DNA from: Paraspadella gotoi | Lineage: Eukaryota > Animalia > Chaetognatha | Assembly: GCA_051294375.1 (NCBI GenBank) | Contig: CM119266.1 | Span: forward strand, 6,279,431-6,343,430 | DNA length: 64,000 bases | Reading direction: 5' to 3' | Part shown: piece after piece, positions 13,001-64,000 of the stretch | Position numbering within the stretch: the stretch's first letter is position 1 | Layout: each line of letters begins with the position of its first letter | Made by a program: the position numbers and the translations under genes | Notes under the pieces: generated by a model | Told to the model about the DNA's origin: nothing | The model's database searches: none | Seen by the model: the letters and a program-made list of their open reading frames with translations, nothing else

Positions 13001-15352
13001 GATTATCACTCGTAGTAGTCCTGACATCGACCTCCTTCTTAGACGGCAGAATCGTGCTGAGACTAGGAAAGTCCGACTGAAATAAAGAAGTCAAAAGAGT
13101 TGAAATTTGACGTAAAGATGGTCTCGGTCAGGCGATTTTAATAGCTTTTTTTTCGCGGAGTATAATTCATCTTGGCAAGTGCACAGTGAAAAAAGAAACT
13201 GTAGGCGGTAAGCCACAATAATGTACAACCTTACCATAGAATTGACGGATTTGATTTGGTTCACCAACTCATGCTTTTATCAAGAATAACCTACCCTTAA
13301 CCTCTCACCCTTTTTTTATCGACTCAGTGTAGGACATAAACTTTCGTTGTAGTTCGTCGCTCTTAACTTCCTTTTGTAAAAGTGTTTAAAAATATAAACA
13401 ATAAATATCTGTTTATAAACATTACTGTTTCCTTTAATTCTATTGATATATTTTAATTATGTTTTCCTTTCATAAAGATTGTGATAATATTAATTAGCCA
13501 TCGTCGGGGTTTAGTATTGGTGTTGGTTTCGTCTAATGTGTATTACTCATATGTCATTCTATATCTATTCTATGTATGTGGCTATTGAATAGGGGGAGCT
13601 TACCTGAGAGATCATTGCCATTCTGATTGTATACCGATGCTTGCTTTTGCTTACCTCCAGTTCTAGTTTACGTTTGTTCCCAAATACTTGCGTTTCAACC
13701 AGAAGGGTGAGCTCATCATCGGACACAATCATTCAACATCACCTCGTAAATCCCCACCTGCTTTTGACTAGAATTAGATTTATTGCTCCAAACGACGCCG
13801 GTCGACGCCTTCCCGATCTGCCCCTGCAGCGCCGGCGCGGATTTCGACGCCGGCAGAGGCTTCGTCGTCGCGATCGTCGTTTTGGTAGTCGTCGTTGTCG
13901 TTTTGGGCCGCGTCCACGGGTGATCGTCCTCGTCGTCGTCGACGAGGGTCCATCCGACGGTCGCCTTAGCGTCTTCGTCCTCTTTCGGCGCCTCCGTCTT
14001 CTTCGGCTGGCGAGTTTCGCCGAGAGAGGGAAAGTCCGACTGAAAAGAAAAGGGAATCGAAATAAATGGGAGATCGATGGAAATGGTATCGCTAAACCGA
14101 AGCCGAACCTCATCGCGACCGAAATTTGAGTTGTTCCAAACTGTGCGAAATGAGGAAAATCCTCCCGAAGATTTCGACGTCTGTTAAAAAAATACGTAGT
14201 AAAATGTCAAATTATAAATATTAAATAATAATAAATATCCAGGGAACTTAACGACAAAACGCAAAGAAAATCACCTCTTTCGTCTTGAAAGGCTTCGAGT
14301 TTTCGGAGAAGACGTAATAGGTCTCATCGTCGTCGCTATTAATTAATTAAACATAATTATTGTTATGTTTAGGTTTATTTTAGAATTAAACTAGGATTAC
14401 TTCGTGCTTTTCGACTTTGCAGTTGCTCCTCCTCCTCCTCCACCTCCTCCTCCTCCACCTCCTCCGCCGGCGCTCGTAGGTTTGGGTTCGTCCAATGAGG
14501 GAAAATTAGATTCGTCGTCAAGAACGAAGGAAGGTTCGGGGACGGGGCTGTTCCTGGCGGGCGTGTTCTCTCCGCTTCCGAAGGCCTCCACGGCGTCCAT
14601 TCTCCCTCCACCGAGGCGCTGCGAGTCCCGATCCTCGCGTCCGCGTCCACGACCGCGTCCCAAAGCCGCAGAGTCGTCGCCACGTCCGCGATGACGTCCG
14701 CGGCCGGACGGTGCCCTCAAAAAAGTGAGAAGAATAATGATTAGTCACCGCAAGGTTGTGAACGGATCCGCAACCCTCTTCCAATCCCCACCTGGGTTGC
14801 GGTGCGAATTCCAAATCGATCTGCAAATCCCGTTTGAGTTTCCCTTTTGTTTTGTAAGCGTCTTTGTGCGCGGAGGCGAGATGCGCCTTCAAGTCAATCT
14901 CGCTCCTGAAGGCGTTGGTAAATTGCGCCGTGGCGCACTCGCCGTCTTCGCATAGAAAGTGGCTGCTGCGGAAATGATCTGGAAAAAGGAGGTTTAAATG
15001 GGATCGAAATTAAAATATTTTTCATAAATTCTTTACTGCCCATTTATTCATTTGATCCTGCTTTTCGGCACTTACCTTCACCCCTGACCTCACTTCCCTT
15101 CCTTCCCCACACCCGGTTCCTTTCTCAGATAAAACCTCACCTTTTAAATCCCGGTAGGACTGATAGTATTGATTGGTGACTCCGTCGTAGTCGCAAAAGT
15201 GACAGAAGAAATGCTGCGTGCGAAGATGTTTGAGGAGTTCGTCGTTGTCGTGGAACCGCTCGTCGCAGAACTCGCAGAGTGGGTGGCCGCGGTGGGAACG
15301 ATCGTCAGGATCGCCCTCTCGCCGGTGGAGAGCTAATTCTTTTCTAAAGTTT

Positions 15353-15383
<31 letters not shown>

Positions 15384-16181
15384 TCAAAGAATTAACCGAA
15401 TCAATATTTTTAAACCGTCGACGCTCCTATAGAAAAATGATCGGCCAATTTAAATTCCCATTTCCAAAGGAATTTACTCAAACCCGCACACGATTTTTTT
15501 TTTAAACGGCCCACAAAATATAGACCAGAGTCACCCACGCTGTTTGAAACGTGTGACAAAATCTGAACCCACGCCCGCCAAAATATCCTCACCGGTCGTA
15601 GACGCGTCGTTCGTGAGAGAAGAGGTGAAGATGGTTGAGGCAGAGTTCGCAGAAGAAGAGGGAATGAGCGCGAGAGTAGTGGGTCTTCAATGAGGCGAAA
15701 GATGTGGAGGGAGGATCGTCGCAGAGATGACACTTGTGCTCCAACAGTTGCTCGAAGCGACGCCTGCAGAATGAGTGGGAAGGATGAAGGATCGAGGATC
15801 AACATATGAAACAATTCGATCGTCTGATGGTCGAACCTGATGGTCCTGTCTTCGAACTTGATGCCGGGATAATGATTGTGGACGAGCAGCTTGTCGTTGG
15901 AGTCGACGTGCGAGAGGAAAGGCTTGCTGTCCCATGAGAATATCATTTCCGGAAGTTCGGTTCTGAGAAAATAATTATAATTACGAGTGGTGTTTGAGAT
16001 CATTAACATTTTAACGTTAATAAGAAACCATGAGAAACCTGCAGATGGAGCAGTAGTTCTGCTTGCACAGAACCCGCATCCGGGTTGCGCAGGTGTGACA
16101 GATGCTGTGGTCGCAGGCGCCAAAGGCGAAGATGGAGATGGGATCCCGGCACAAGTCGCAGATCACGTTGGCGCACGCCAT
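1056..16181 (-). CDS. ZNF598: E3 ubiquitin ligase ZNF598/Hel2 (ribosome-collision sensor), multi-exon
   Basis: Exon 16181-16039 RING ([38 protein letters not shown]). C2H2 exons: [61 protein letters not shown]. Repeated FPSL/FPAL and PPPGF motifs. C-terminal [15 protein letters not shown] and CPTCGQVL..H, stop at 1056. Phase-0 intron 3596-12467. Confidence 0.93.
3030..3390 (-). repeat. Coding 24-bp tandem repeat ([16 protein letters not shown]) in the large ZNF598 exon
   Basis: Plus strand repeats gattcgctcttggatttggccgca / gaatcgctcttggatttggccaca about 13-15 times, degenerating toward lower coordinates. Confidence 0.9.
4707..5020. promoter_or_regulatory. CpG-rich cluster of CCAAT boxes; candidate promoter of the nested TRIM-NHL gene
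   Basis: ATTGG at 4707, 4760, 4810, 4840 and CCAAT at 5016, inside the ZNF598 intron about 2 kb upstream of the TRIM ATG. Confidence 0.35.
5108..5117. other. Assembly gap inside a (GA)n tract
   Basis: 10 Ns flanked by GA repeats. Confidence 0.95.
7013..11901 (+). CDS. TRIM2/TRIM3-like TRIM-NHL E3 ligase (RING, two B-boxes, coiled coil, filamin, NHL repeats), nested antisense in a ZNF598 intron
   Basis: [66 protein letters not shown]-boxes ([17 protein letters not shown]; [24 protein letters not shown]). Filamin ([27 protein letters not shown]). NHL repeats (EDDLLFKIGNKG..EFTNPQG; LQRPTGVA; [10 protein letters not shown]; FAGPHYVA; EYPTGVAVD; LYGPQGIAVT). Confidence 0.9.
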
Positions 16182-16665
16182 TTTTTTTTAGTTTTTACTT
16201 CTTAAATTCTTTTAAAAAAGAAATTAGTAAATTCTTACACACTTCGCTTTGTCTTTAATTTATCGACTACCTGGTCAAATAAAAACGGGGCAGAATTTCA
16301 AATTTTCAATAAATAAGCTAATACTCCAACTAAAAAAAAAACAGCAACGGGGAAGGTGAAAAAACGGGAGGATTAAAAGATCTGCAGAAAGACAACGGAA
16401 CGAAACAATCCAACATTCAACAATAACTAATTTGATGGTGATCCGTGAGTAGTGAAAATAAATAACGGGTTGTTTTTTTTTGACTATGTATTGTTTAATG
16501 TTAACGACAGCAGAGGTGTGAGTGACAATGGGTGATGACTAATTTGACTTGACTAAGGAAGCACACTTAAGCCATTCGTAAAATCGAGTAAACCAAGTCG
16601 TTCGATGTGCACTAAACGCAGTTCAAGCGAGAAGAGGGGGGCCAGACTGGAGGGCCTCTCTATCT

Positions 16666-17306
16666 TCACTTCCCGCACGGGGCCTCAGGATAGGCCTGTC
16701 GAATGGATTTGTCCATGACGAAGTGAACTCCGTTATCGATGGGGTGAATGATGAGGGGGATCATCCCGAGACCGATGAAGGTCGTTATCCATTTTCGAGT
16801 CGTGAGGGGAACTTTGGGAATCATCTCAAGGGAGGAAAGAGAAGAAATTTTTTTACTAATTATAATAAAAAGATAAATTTAATTAACTAAAATCATCATG
16901 GAAACCTTCTCCATGGCGTAGAGAGATCCGGCGCAGACTCGATTGATGGTAAATCCGGGGACGATGACGGAGGCGAAGGCCTGCCAAACCAAAGAGTCGA
17001 CGAACCCGATCCCCACCGCCGTTCGTCGATCGTTCTGAGTCTTGTAGTTCTTGCGGTTGGCCTTCACCGCTTAATTAAATTATAAATAAATCATTATTAA
17101 TTTATTATTATCTACGTATTAATTCACCCCTCTGAAGAATCAAAACCTTTGTCCGTGGCGTCGGCGAGAACGTAGGCGCTGGCGACGACGTAGGTGCTGT
17201 GGACGAAGAGTTTGGGGGTGAGCGCGCGGAAGGCCTCCCCGACCTCGTTGGCGTAGCCGCAGTATCGAACGAGAGTGTCGCGGAAAATATCAACTTCTTC
17301 ACTCAT
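16666..17306 (-). CDS. MTFP1: Mitochondrial fission process protein 1 (MTP18), 3 exons
   Basis: DIFRDTLVRYCGYANEVGEAFR, DSLVWQAFASVIVPGFTINRVC and RKWITTFIGLGMIPLIIHPID are MTP18 hallmarks; exons about 17306-17147, 17069-16906, 16824-16666. Confidence 0.93.
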
Positions 17307-17719
17307 CTTGAAAGTCAGTTTAAGGTCGGTTGAAGAAAGCGACGGGGCGATCGGCCAACAGTTTACGAGATTTACATACTGAATAAATTCAAATCACATT
17401 TAAGTTTTAGAACGGTTTTTTCGTAAGTAAAAAAAAAAGAAGATAAATTTCAAAAAGCCATAGATCACAGCTAAAATTTCAAAAAGCACGAATGAAAATA
17501 AAAAGTTTTTTTTAAAATTCAACGGATCACACGCTTAAGACAGTCTTTTTTTTTTTAGGTATAGATAAAAACTTTGATGAGGCCAATTTTATTTCTTCGG
17601 GTCCGCCTATTTTATTTCCACCACATTTCGAACAAAGACTGTAGCGAGGGAAACCAATAAGATTCCAAACAATGCATAAATGATATAAATTAGCTCCAAA
17701 ATAAAATTGTTTCAGCGTT

Positions 17720-20206
17720 TTATTTTCGTATCGAGCTCGACAAAGACTCTAAAAATCTTGCGGCCTCCTTTGCCTTGGCCGGAAGCGCCTCCGGCGTTTG
17801 ATCGGTGAGGATTCTATCGAGGGTCGACGGAAGTTCGCATCCTCCGAAAAACGAGGTGGCGTGACCGGCGACGCGAGCGCCGCCCGCCGACTCCGGATGC
17901 ATCAACGTTCCCAGCGCGCAGACGCATCGAAAGATGGCCTCGCCGTCGGAGGCGCGAAGGAGTAAGAGGTCCGTACAAGTGACGATCTGACCCACGCGCT
18001 CTTCCAAATCCGACGCCAACGCCTCAGCGCGGCGAGTCAAGGCCACGGCGTAGTTGAGCAGCACCGTGCCCAGAGCCACGTAGGCGCCTTTGTTTTGACA
18101 GGTGGCGATGAGCGTCATCGCGTTGGAAACGAACTGAGTCTCTTGGGCGAGCATTAGAGCGACGCCTTCGGGTTGAGAGAAGGCGTTGGCGAGGCAACGC
18201 AACGCCAGCATCTTGTTGGTGTCTGGTTGCGTCTCGTGCATCAACGCGTAGAGGAGTTGGATGAATCTGGGACCCTTGGCGGCGCCGAAGAGGATGCGAT
18301 TGACGGAAGGACGGCGGATGATGAGGCGGAGGATGTCGACGGCGGGAAAGGCGGACTCTTTGGGCCAATGGATGATTACGTTGGGCAAGATCTCCATCTG
18401 CTCCGACGAGGGGACGTCGTCGAGTTCGCCGCGGGCGAGATCCTCGAGAGCGGAGAGTCCAGTCTCGTCGAGTTTGTGAGGATGATCCGCCTCTAAGGCT
18501 GAGTTGAACTCGCGGAGCTTCTTGACGATCCCCTCGGGTTTCGCTTGATCGAATAGGACGAATTCGGAACAAGGGAAGTACGGGTTCGATTCTTGAGAGG
18601 ATCCGTGGAAGGATTCGCCCGAAGTTGAAGCTCGTGCATTCGCCGTCGACGCTGCATCCGCCGCAGCCACTGCTCCGCCGCCGCCAGGAACGTATCGCCC
18701 GGCGCCGGTAAAAGGGTCCGCCTCTCCGGAAGCGGAAGTCCCAGGTTTGACCGCTCCATCGGGCACGTAGCGGGAACCGCCTGTGAAGGGATCCGAGACG
18801 GGCGCGCCGTAGCCAGCGCCGAGTTTTTCCCCTTTAGTGTTGGCGATGATGAAGTTGGCGACTTGATCGAGAAACATCGGACTTAACTCGTGCTTCTCCA
18901 ACCAATTGTGGGCGGCGAGCCAAGGATCTTCGGCCACGTCGTAGGGCAGCTTGAGGGAAGGCTGCCCGTCAAGTTCGACGGTGAAGACGTAATCGTATTC
19001 TTTTCCTTCGTAAAATACTTTGTTCGAAGAGGAAGAGGAGTCTGCTCCGGAGACCATGTCGCCGACTTTGTCCCATTCCGACGTCGCCACGTTCCACTGA
19101 TAAACCTCGACGTTGTTTCCCACGCGAATCAACTTGGTCTGCCCTTCTCTCCGTCCCGGCGTCGCCAAGTCTTCCTTCCCCGGCAACTCGGCGATGTTGA
19201 CCCCGTTCTCTGCTCCGCTTTGCTGCTGCTGCGGGACGACGGAGGAGGCAACCTGCTGGCGGAACGCCTCCAGTTCGGCCTCCGCAGCGCATCGCTCCGG
19301 TGTCGAAGTGAAGACTCGAACGACGCCGTCCGAGGAGCCGACGACGATGTCGCCGTTGGGCAAAGCGCAGCAAGACCAGATGCTGATGGCCGGCAGGCGA
19401 ATCACCTGGCGACAGGCGCCATCTTCGGTCGCCCAGATCCGAAGGGTCCGATCTTCGCCGCTGGTGATGAAGGAGGCGAGATTGGGGAGGGCGCAGACTG
19501 AGTAGACGAAGGCCTCGTGACCCGAATAAATCTGGACGCAGTCGCCGCCAAGACTCCAACGCCGAATCGTCGCGTCGTTGCCTGCGGAGAGGAATTCCTC
19601 GCCGTCGAGCGCGGCCAGGGCGCGAACGCAGTCCGAGTGACCCTCGAAGGTGCGAACGCGCTTCCCCGCCGTCCACATCTTGATCGTCTTGTCCGCGGAG
19701 CCAGTGAGCATGGATCCTCCGGGAAGGATGACGACGGCCCACACGGCCGATTCGTGTTCCGACAGAGTCATCACACATTTCTGCTGCAGCCAAACTTTAG
19801 CCGTCGTGTCCCATGATCCGCTCAAGAGAGTCCCGAATTTCCCGGCGAAGAGGGCGCTGACGGTATTGGTGTGGCCTTCAAGCTTTAAGACGGGCTCCAC
19901 GACGCCGGGGACGAAGGCGAGGATGAATCGGTCGTTGCTTCCCGTGTAGACGAGACCCTTGGGATATTTGTCGTCGGGGAGCGTGACACAGACGCAGACC
20001 ACGTAGTTGTCGTGACCCTTGAAGGTTTCCATGGAGAACTCGTCCGGTTTGTCGGGATTCGGTCGCCATAATCGACCAGTTTTGTCTCGAGACACGGACA
20101 CGAAGCTTCCGTCCGCGTCGAAGGTCGCGGCGACGGCTCTGACGTCGGCGGTGTGGCCCCCGCAGGTCGCGCGCAGCTTAAAGACGGGACCTTCGCCAGA
20201 CGCCAT
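17720..20206 (-). CDS. PLAA: Phospholipase A2-activating protein (Doa1/Ufd3): WD40, PFU and PUL domains; single exon
   Basis: Continuous ORF with WD40 repeats (GHTADVRAV, SGSWDTTAKVW), PFU (YEGKEYDYVFTVEL..LKLPY..DPWLAAHNWL..FLDQVANFII), DPFTG repeats and PUL (WP..AFPAVDILRL); first ATG at 20206. Confidence 0.96.
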   Translation of the reverse strand: MASGEGPVFKLRATCGGHTADVRAVAATFDADGSFVSVSRDKTGRLWRPNPDKPDEFSMETFKGHDNYVVCVCVTLPDDKYPKGLVYTGSNDRFILAFVPGVVEPVLKLEGHTNTVSALFAGKFGTLLSGSWDTTAKVWLQQKCVMTLSEHESAVWAVVILPGGSMLTGSADKTIKMWTAGKRVRTFEGHSDCVRALAALDGEEFLSAGNDATIRRWSLGGDCVQIYSGHEAFVYSVCALPNLASFITSGEDRTLRIWATEDGACRQVIRLPAISIWSCCALPNGDIVVGSSDGVVRVFTSTPERCAAEAELEAFRQQVASSVVPQQQQSGAENGVNIAELPGKEDLATPGRREGQTKLIRVGNNVEVYQWNVATSEWDKVGDMVSGADSSSSSNKVFYEGKEYDYVFTVELDGQPSLKLPYDVAEDPWLAAHNWLEKHELSPMFLDQVANFIIANTKGEKLGAGYGAPVSDPFTGGSRYVPDGAVKPGTSASGEADPFTGAGRYVPGGGGAVAAADAASTANARASTSGESFHGSSQESNPYFPCSEFVLFDQAKPEGIVKKLREFNSALEADHPHKLDETGLSALEDLARGELDDVPSSEQMEILPNVIIHWPKESAFPAVDILRLIIRRPSVNRILFGAAKGPRFIQLLYALMHETQPDTNKMLALRCLANAFSQPEGVALMLAQETQFVSNAMTLIATCQNKGAYVALGTVLLNYAVALTRRAEALASDLEERVGQIVTCTDLLLLRASDGEAIFRCVCALGTLMHPESAGGARVAGHATSFFGGCELPSTLDRILTDQTPEALPAKAKEAARFLESLSSSIRK

Positions 20207-21895
20207 CCCTTTATAGTCCGGATGCGACAATTGTCAAATTGTTAATCTAAATTTCCAACGAAATAAGAGTGCGGTTTAGACTAATGATCACTTAACAAAA
20301 TTTAGCGACTCAATGGCCAACACAACATTTACGTAAGACAATCAGAATGCAGGGAAACTTTTCGATCGGCCAAGAAGTTTTACACAATTTCGCAATAAGA
20401 AGCAAGATTTTATTCTAAAATTTACCAGTTATTCTTATAGTAAATGTAGCAAAACGTTGTTACAATGAAATAAAACGTTCATTAAAGGATATTTTCGAGA
20501 AATGACCGTCAAAACGTGAGCAAAACGCGAACGTGTAACCGGAGAGGCACTCCCAGGGCGCCGTCATATTTGAGTCAGCGACACGAAAAAGAAAAGATCA
20601 ACGACGGAAGAAAAAAGAAAAGAAAAAAAAAGACAAATGAACATCGAAATTCGGGACGAGAATTTCTCAGACACGAAGAAGGTTCCTTCTCAATATCAAT
20701 AATATGCGTCTCAAGAAACACGCGATTTACTTTCGTTGAAATTCCGTGTTTCGTCAAAGCTCTAGATCTCGAGAATGTTTGGCGCGGATGTCATGGTTTC
20801 CCCATCCGATGAGCGTCGATTTTAGATCGATTGGCTAAAATCAATTGCATTATACTTCCAAACTGCTTCGATTACAATTTTCTGCGAATAAATAATGAAC
20901 AATGAGCCACTTTCGCAAGCTTGGATAATCAAAATGAAATTCAAACATATCAAAAACTATTGAAGGGATAGCGGGAATAATTATGGCCGATACTTCGAGT
21001 GACAGGTTTGACTTTTTTAAAATACTTTTTAAACGAAATATTAGGTAGTATAATTATTTGATATCCAATAAAATGTATTAATGTTTGTCAGCTGATAGTT
21101 TCTTCCATGTATAGTTGCCGTAGGTTAGTTTTTTCTTAACGGTTTAGTGCCTAGATGATTTTCATCGTCATGTTTTTGTTCCTTTAATTAAAGAAACTTA
21201 TTAAGTTAGATTCGCAAATTCATCATCTTTTTTTAAACTTTTTTTAATTCTTCACATTTTCTCCGCGCGTGTTCTTCTCACACAATATCGTCCATCGACA
21301 ACAACAAAAACAACGACAATACGTCAAAAAGATTTGATGACTTTGGATCTCAGAATTATTTTTATCTTGTCTTCTGAATAGTTTTTTTTTCAATGTGATA
21401 GATATAGAAAAAGGACGAACTTGTCAAAACATTTCGAAAAATGTCACGGTAAGTGCTCACGATCGTCACCCGTTGATAAGTCACGTCAATTTTTCATTTC
21501 TGATTTAAATCTCTTTTTTGTAAAGATATTTTTTCACTTTTTTAAAAAAAAGTTTCATTCGAATTTCACACTCACGTTTACCAAAAAAACAACAAAATGC
21601 AACAAAGCTGCTTCGTTTGAAACTTAATTTTTCACTGATAGGGGAAAATAGTCCCTCTCTCTCTCTCTCTCACTCACTCTCTCATCATGGACCTAGACGA
21701 CGACCCGTTATCGTGTTTGTCTCGCTTCGCTCGGTCGAACCCGACGACGCCGGCCACGGCGCCGGAGCGGACGTCGGCGCCGGATTCGGCGCCGCAAACT
21801 CGGCGTCTCTTCCGGCGCCTCTCGTCGACGGCCTCGTTGGCGCGGAGAGTCTCCTCGTTCGCGTCGAATCAATTGAGGTCCTCGTTTGGGCCTTA

Positions 21896-22171
21896 TTTTC
21901 CAAAAGCGCCCAATTTCTGCTCATGTTTAGAATTAAGTTTATTTTAATATTAAAAAATAGGTTATGGGTTATGGTTAAAGATTAGTCAAATAATTAGTTA
22001 GGGATTGAGGTTTACGGTTAGAGTATTAGGATTGGTGATTAGATCTAGAAGGATTAGGTTTGAGGATTAGGGTTAGGTTAGTTTAAAAATTTAGTAAAAG
22101 CGTTGGGATATATAAAAGGATAAAAATAAAATTTGGTGATTAAGAAACAGAAATGGGGCGCTTTCAGAAAA
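21896..22171. mobile_element. MITE-like element with ~24-bp TIRs and internal degenerate TTAGGG-like repeats
   Basis: ttttccaaaagcgcccaatttctg (21896-21919) and cagaaatggggcgctttcagaaaa (22148-22171) are near-inverted; a related copy lies at 48726-49152. Confidence 0.7.
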
Positions 22172-22425
22172 TTGGAAGGTTGAGATCGAGTTGGGACGAG
22201 ATAGCTTCTGTGAAAGGGATAAAAGGAAACATGATTCAAAATAAAAAAATATCTTCATTTTATATTATTATTTTAAATAAAAAAATATAATAATAATATA
22301 ATATAATATAATATATTTCAAGTATCAGTTTTCTCTAACGAAAAGGATTTGGTAGTGTGAATTCGATCGGCCGAGTTTTACTTTGCATTTTCTTTTTTGC
22401 TTTTTCTTTCGGGAAAAACTTTACG

Positions 22426-22439
22426 GTTTCCATGGAAAC
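22426..22439. promoter_or_regulatory. RFX X-box (perfect palindrome GTTTCCATGGAAAC)
   Basis: Matches the X-box consensus; about 110 bp upstream of candidate ADGB ATG 22552, with a TATA-like tatatataaa between them. Confidence 0.75.
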
Positions 22440-22551
22440 TTCTCAATCACTGCTTCGGATATTCAATTCAACAGTGAAAAAAAAGTCTTCGTTTTCCGTT
22501 TCAATATATATAAAATAATTAAATATGAATGGATGTTAAAATTGTTTGACC

Positions 22552-63891
<41,340 letters not shown>

Positions 63892-63927
63892 GTCAATTAT
63901 TTCCTTTCTAAGACGAAAAAATAGTTA

Positions 63928-64000
63928 CGACGAGGGTGGGATTCGAACCCACGCGTGTAGAACACATTGGATTAGCAGTCCAACGCCTTAACCGCTCGGC
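63928..64000 (-). tRNA. tRNA-Ser(GCT); 5' end lies outside the window; intronic to ADGB
   Basis: Reverse complement gccgagcggttaaggcgttggactGCTaatccaa..variable arm..gtgggttcgaatcccaccctcgtcg; Pol III T-run terminator at 63916-63921. Confidence 0.95.

Noticed and set aside
20025-20039. X-box-like gtttccatggagaac
   Set aside because: Imperfect and inside the PLAA coding sequence
18024-20216. Multiple overlapping ORFs on both strands
   Set aside because: GC-rich shadow frames of PLAA

Overview
Eukaryotic (invertebrate-animal-like) genomic DNA with GC-rich exons, AT-rich introns, many (GA)n/(AAT)n microsatellites and three N-gaps. Genes recognised by manual splicing: ZNF598 (minus, 1056-16181) with a complete TRIM2/3-like TRIM-NHL gene nested antisense in an 8.9-kb intron; MTFP1; an intronless PLAA/Doa1; and a long androglobin (ADGB) gene (plus, about 22.5 kb to beyond the window end) preceded by a perfect RFX X-box. 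ADGB introns contain most of the unusual material. These include an antisense type II membrane receptor (tandem acidic YxxI motifs, TM, Ser/Thr stalk, divergent SUEL/rhamnose-binding-lectin domain) and a 75-bp-arm palindrome carrying a hammerhead ribozyme core with a flanking 14-bp direct repeat (Penelope-like). They also include a ~5.4-kb inverted duplication centred on an assembly gap, whose second arm carries a LINE relic and a TSD-flanked insertion, plus a 1.75-kb tandem duplication, telomere-repeat MITEs, a structured 500-bp repeat and a tRNA-Ser(GCT). Sequence from about 34 to 56 kb looks indel-rich, so frameshifts there are probably consensus errors. All homology calls come from remembered family motifs; no searches were run.
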